A stretch of 63,269 nt of DNA, filler included, from Pelomyxa schiedti (lineage: Eukaryota; Protista; Evosea): NCBI GenBank assembly GCA_020536535.1. It is 7 parts of 7 records of this genome, joined end to end, with 100 filler letters (N's around TTAATTAATTAA, not from the genome) between each part and the next. Parts side by side here need not be neighbours in the genome. Positions count along the whole stretch, not along the records: positions 58,757 to 60,959 come from JAHLWZ010002078.1; positions 61,060 to 63,269 come from JAHLWZ010002075.1; 5 more parts are not named here. The stretch is one strand, 5' to 3'. A program made the translations under genes and the position numbers. The notes beneath the pieces were generated by a model, which was not told the origin of the DNA, searched no databases, and saw nothing but the letters and a program-made list of their open reading frames with translations. This document shows, piece after piece, positions 58,780 through 63,269 of the stretch. The stretch's first letter is position 1. Each line of letters begins with the position of its first letter.

Positions 58780-60550
58780 GTGGTGAAGTCAGACCATAAG
58801 GCACTCACCTGGATGCAAGAGCAGGAGTACCCATGCCCAAAGGTTGCACGGTGGCAGATGGTACTGGATGACTATGGGGCAGTTGTAGAGTTCAGGCCAG
58901 GGAAGGAGTCAGGGGATGCAGATGCACTCAGCAGGATCCCATCACATGCACTGATGGTAATAGCACTTGGGGACTCGCTCCACGGGTGGAAAGGGGCCCA
59001 GGACAAGGATGAGGACTGTCAGGCAATTGCCGAATGGGTGGGGAGTGGAAAGTCACTACCAGACCGATTATTGAAGAAGGTTCCCCCAAGGGAAAGTTCC
59101 ACCATAGAGCAAGGTGTGCTGTACTACCTGGAAACGGATCACAACAGAAGAAGGAGGGTGAAGGCTGATGTGGTACCAAAGGAATTGCAGCACCAGGTAA
59201 TGGAGGACAACCACGACAGCATATTCACAGGGCATCTATCAGCAGCCTACACATGGGACAGGGTGAGGGCACATTTCTGGTGGCCTAGGGCGAGGACAGA
59301 CGTGAATTACTGTGAGTCCTGCAGGCAGTGTGCTGTAGCAAAGACCCCTGCTCACAGGAGTTGCGCCGTGGGACACCCCTTACCAGTCCCATCGAGGCCG
59401 GGTGTGGTGATGAGTTTGGATTACGTAGGACCACTCAGGATGACCAAGTGTGGACATGCGTACATCTTGGTGATGATCGATCACTTCTCGGGGGATGTCG
59501 AGCTTAAGGTGACAAAGCATCCAGACGCAGAATCGGCAGTGAGGGTGGTGGTGAGGAACTGGGTGTGCCGCAGGGGGCCACTGAACAGGTGATCAGCGAC
59601 CGAGGCTCGCACTTCATCAACAAGGTGATGGAGGATGTGTGCAAGGCCCTGGGGATCAAACAGAAATACACAACCCCATACCACCCCCAAACAGATGGGA
59701 AGATAGAGCGATACAACAGGGTATTGGTGGAAATGCTCAGGATATATATACCAACTGGGATAAGAACAACTGGGATGAGCTCCTGCCCATGTTAGCGTTT
59801 GCTTACTGCACGGCCACAAGCAGGACAACAGGGTTTTCTCCATTCTTCCTGGAGCATGGGAGGGATGCCAGGAGCATTGGCTTGGCTACAGAACTGGGGG
59901 TTGACGGCTATACAGGAGATCATGCAGAGAGACTCACAAAGAGGGTGAGGGAGGCGTGGAAGACAGCACAGAGAACAGCAGAGCTGGCAAGGCAGGCATG
60001 GGACGTGACCAGAATGGAGCGCACTGACGCGACACAGGTGAAGTACAAGGTTGGTGATCTGGTGTACGTGCTGAGAAACGGCGGACACAAGGATAGGGAG
60101 CTGGGGAAACTAGGGGCCAAGTGGAAGGGGCCTTACCGCATTGTGGCCATCCCAGTGGAAGGGGCTGCAAGGCTCGAGGACCTGGAAGGAGGTGAGTCAC
60201 ACAAGCTTATAAACCTTGGCCAGCTATGCAAGTGCCATGAAAGATTGGCAGAGGAAGGAGGGGAGGTACACAGGAGAGAGACAGCCGATTTTGCCCCAAC
60301 AGGAGCAGGGGAAATGACAGTGGACGAGCCAATTGAGAATGCAGCGGCTGTCAACAATCAAGAGAGGGGGTCACACCCAGACAAAACAGGCAAGGAAAGG
60401 GGTAATAAACCCACTAGCCACAAGGCAACAGCAGAAGGTGATGCTGATAAGACAGAAGAGGAGACCACACCTGAACCACTCGAGATAGAGGCAGTGAGGG
60501 GAGAGAGGTGGAAGGAGGATGGGAGACAATACAATCAGGGGGGACTCTGA
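58780..60550 (+). mobile_element. pol: Ty3/gypsy (chromovirus-like) pol 3' half: RNase H tail, HHCC zinc finger, DDE integrase, SH3-like region, truncated chromodomain; frameshifted
   Basis: SDHKAL, GKESGDADALSR, H....GH...WW....C..C, SLDYVGP, ISDRGSHF, TPYHPQTDGKIERYN, KWKGPY, LEIEAVRGERW. Confidence 0.95.
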
Positions 60551-60959
60551 GGAAGATCTGTTAGGCCACAATAGATATGACGTCACCATCACCCAAGCCT
60601 TAGGACCCTTAGAATAAAGTAGTTTACGAAGAAAATAGAACCCCTTAAGTCCACTATCGCACGTTTTTAAGCTAGATAACAGTATACGAGAGAGTGCCTT
60701 TTCAAAAAGCGAAATTACCAAAATTCACAACAAAACTATTGATGAGTAGCAGCAACGAGTGCAGGTGCCTGGCACACTCAGCAAACTTCAACAAAAAACA
60801 AACTGGTTTGTACCCACTGACAACAACCAAATATGACCACGATGATGCACCGAACGAGCGGTGGGATTATGGGCGGAGGCGGCGGGGGGGTTGGGCTGAG
60901 GTTCACGGTGAGGATCGCGGCGGTCGACCACATACAGCCAGGCCGCGACGTCGAGGTTG

Positions 60960-61059
60960 NNNNNNNNNNNNNNNNNNNNNNNNNNNNNNNNNNNNNNNNN
61001 NNNTTAATTAATTAANNNNNNNNNNNNNNNNNNNNNNNNNNNNNNNNNNNNNNNNNNNN
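60960..61059. other. Artificial contig linker
   Basis: N44-TTAATTAATTAA-N44. Confidence 0.97.
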
Positions 61060-61182
<123 letters not shown>

Positions 61183-61355
61183 GCTTATTTTGTTTGGGGT
61201 GTGTGTGAAAAGGGGGAACACACGCAACGAACACACCAACGGCGACGGCGACGACAGCTGCAGGGGACGCAGACACGCCCAACACCCAATCCAATCCACT
61301 ACAAGTGGTATTACCACCAGACATTTGTAGCCAATGACGAGAACCAACTTACTTA

Positions 61356-62242
61356 GACCGGGGGGTGAGTCAAATGAGAAAAACAGAATTTTTTAGTGAG
61401 CAAGGCAGGGTGAAGCGGCCCGATTTTGCTGGGATTTGTTGATGTTTTGTGCCGCGGGGCGGTTGCCGCGGCGGCAGCGCGGCGTGTGTGTTCGTTGAAT
61501 CGGGTCTCGCCGCGGCTGTGCGGCCTTGAGAAGGATGTACGTCAGTGGTTGTCATGTCAGCAGCGGCAGGAAGGTTGACCACCTAAGTGTAAAAAAAAAA
61601 AAAAAAGCATACCAGTGTCCCAGCGCTGAAAGAACAGATGGAATTTACCTTGCCTGCTGGAATGATAGTTATCTACTGGGAAAAAGAAAACAAAGAAACA
61701 AGAAGCCACATACCAGTGGAAAAAGCCACGGAAATACATAAAAGGGGTGAGGCAATGCTGTAGGGCTAATACAAGTCGTAAAGGTGTAAAAAATTAATTT
61801 TAATTAAATTAATAATAAACAATTAAAAAATAAATTATTATTAAATAATTTATTAAATAATAAATGTCCAGAAATAAAACAATTAATAGTAGATGGCACG
61901 ACATGATGGAATAGACAACACAAGGCGGGTACCGCTTGTTCCTCTTCACCCCGGGGCGGCATGGTCTCCCCTCGTAGCAGTGATTTTTTTGATGATAGTG
62001 GAGATAAACAAAGAGGAAAGTCACTGCACAGTCTCCACAACCCCACACATGCCATTTATGTCAGTGCCGTGCAGCCGCGGCGAGACCCGATTCAACGAAC
62101 ACACACGCCGCGCTGTCACCGCAGCGCCACGGCAACCGCCCCGCAGCACAAAACATCAACAAATCTCAGCAAAATCGGGCTGCTTCACCCTTCCTTGCTC
62201 ACTAAAAAATTCTGTTTTTCTCATTTGACTCACCCCCTGGTG
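61356..62242. mobile_element. Non-autonomous TIR element (MITE) with ~170-bp inverted repeats, flanked by TA, Tc1/mariner-like
   Basis: 61356-61525 is the near reverse complement of 62066-62242 (accRgggggtgagtcaaatgag...). TA at 61354-61355 and 62243-62244. AT-rich non-coding core. Confidence 0.85.
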
Positions 62243-62322
62243 TAACTGTGGAGAGGAGCAAGATCTTTAGAAAGAACAAAGATTTTGTGTTTCCTGAGGG
62301 CCAAATTCCTTTGACCTAATAA

Positions 62323-63269
62323 TCACCACAAGAAGGAGGTTGATTCGATGGACCAATCATCAAAAGGGAACTCAAAGGTCACTGTGTTGATTCCTGATTC
62401 GGCATCTATCACTTGCAGTTGCCTCTCGTTTGCCATGAACAGGAATCCACCACCTGAAATGCAACTCTTTACCTCGTTGAAGCTCCTCAGAGGCTTCCTT
62501 GTTGCTGACGGTGAAGTATCACTGCAATCCCAGATTTCCAACACTTGTGTGCTCTTGTGGAAAATGCCAAAGAGTGATCCACTCACCTGCCGCAGACAAC
62601 AAGCCTCATTCCCAGAGTAAAGCTGGGTTGTATCTCCATTTGACTGAGCAGCATACACAACACTTGGTGTGATTCGTGGCAGATTCCGCCCGACGGCATT
62701 AAAAATGAACACGTTTTCACAGGCTCTGTTCTGCATTGCAAGAACATTCTGGAAGTTGTGCTTCATCTCTGGTTTCCATGCACAGTGGGTTGTGCTCACC
62801 ACTTGCAGGCTCCCTGTTGAATACATTTTTGCAATATCAAGCACCACAATCGTGATGCACCCCCTTTTTACTAACCCAATCATAAGCATCACCACCTGTG
62901 ACGGGAACACTTTACTGAACGTGAATGGTCTTCCGAAATACCAAAACTGAGGGAGCGGAATCACAACCTCCTCCCCCGGCCGGCACGTGCTCCCCTCACC
63001 ATCACATACACCACCACCACCACCCCTGAGGCTCCTCACAACCACCGAGTGGTAGGCGTCCCCGTGGTCTCTCCTCTGCAGGAACCACTCCCTGTTCACA
63101 AAGTACACGTCCAGGAATCTGAGCTCCGGGATCAAAGTCGTGCGCCCGTCCCTCTCCTCCCAGCTCCCGCTCCCGCTCCCGCTCCCGCTCCCGCTCCCGC
63201 TCCCGCTCCCGCTCCCGCTCCCGCTCCCGCTCCCGCTCCCGCTCCCGCTCCCGCTCCCGCTCCCGCTCC
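62323..63269 (-). CDS. Lineage-specific beta-rich family protein, 5' end outside the window, with an in-frame (Gly-Ser)n tract
   Basis: 270-aa ORF (VNREWF, LEIWDC, SGGGFLF, VIDAESG); the frame stays open through the (gggagc)n repeat to the window end. Confidence 0.75.
   Translation of the reverse strand, partial: SGSGSGSGSGSGSGSGSGSGSGSGSGSGSGSGSGSWEERDGRTTLIPELRFLDVYFVNREWFLQRRDHGDAYHSVVVRSLRGGGGGVCDGEGSTCRPGEEVVIPLPQFWYFGRPFTFSKVFPSQVVMLMIGLVKRGCITIVVLDIAKMYSTGSLQVVSTTHCAWKPEMKHNFQNVLAMQNRACENVFIFNAVGRNLPRITPSVVYAAQSNGDTTQLYSGNEACCLRQVSGSLFGIFHKSTQVLEIWDCSDTSPSATRKPLRSFNEVKSCISGGGFLFMANERQLQVIDAESGINTVTFEFPFDDWSIESTSFLW
63163..63269. repeat. (GCTCCC)n hexamer tandem repeat
   Basis: Directly visible. 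Confidence 0.98.

Overview
Intron-rich eukaryotic DNA, not prokaryotic. The window is a concatenation of about seven separate contigs joined by artificial 100-nt linkers (N44-TTAATTAATTAA-N44), so adjacency across linkers is not biological. Short GT-AG introns, Ty3/gypsy relics and several expanded lineage-specific gene families suggest a free-living amoeba, possibly Pelomyxa-like (recollection only, unverified). Contig 1 (1-24136) holds decayed gypsy pol fragments and a head-to-head pair of jacalin-like lectin genes (one fused to a calcineurin-like metallophosphoesterase) separated by a perfect 73-bp-arm palindrome. It also holds a frameshifted cassette encoding a putative TIM barrel, a LOG-family phosphoribohydrolase and the N-terminus of RpiA, which appears to sit inside a split P-loop GTPase gene. 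Later contigs hold ankyrin-like and beta-rich family genes, a triplicated surface protein, START and MRH genes, and a tandem ART-ARM-LRR gene with 84-nt LRR exons converging on a MORN-ART gene. They also hold a divergent actin-like gene, PNPOx-like, GNAT, CLU+zinc-finger and Ras-like genes, a chromovirus-type integrase and an 887-bp TA-flanked MITE. All domain calls come from manual motif reading; no database search was run.
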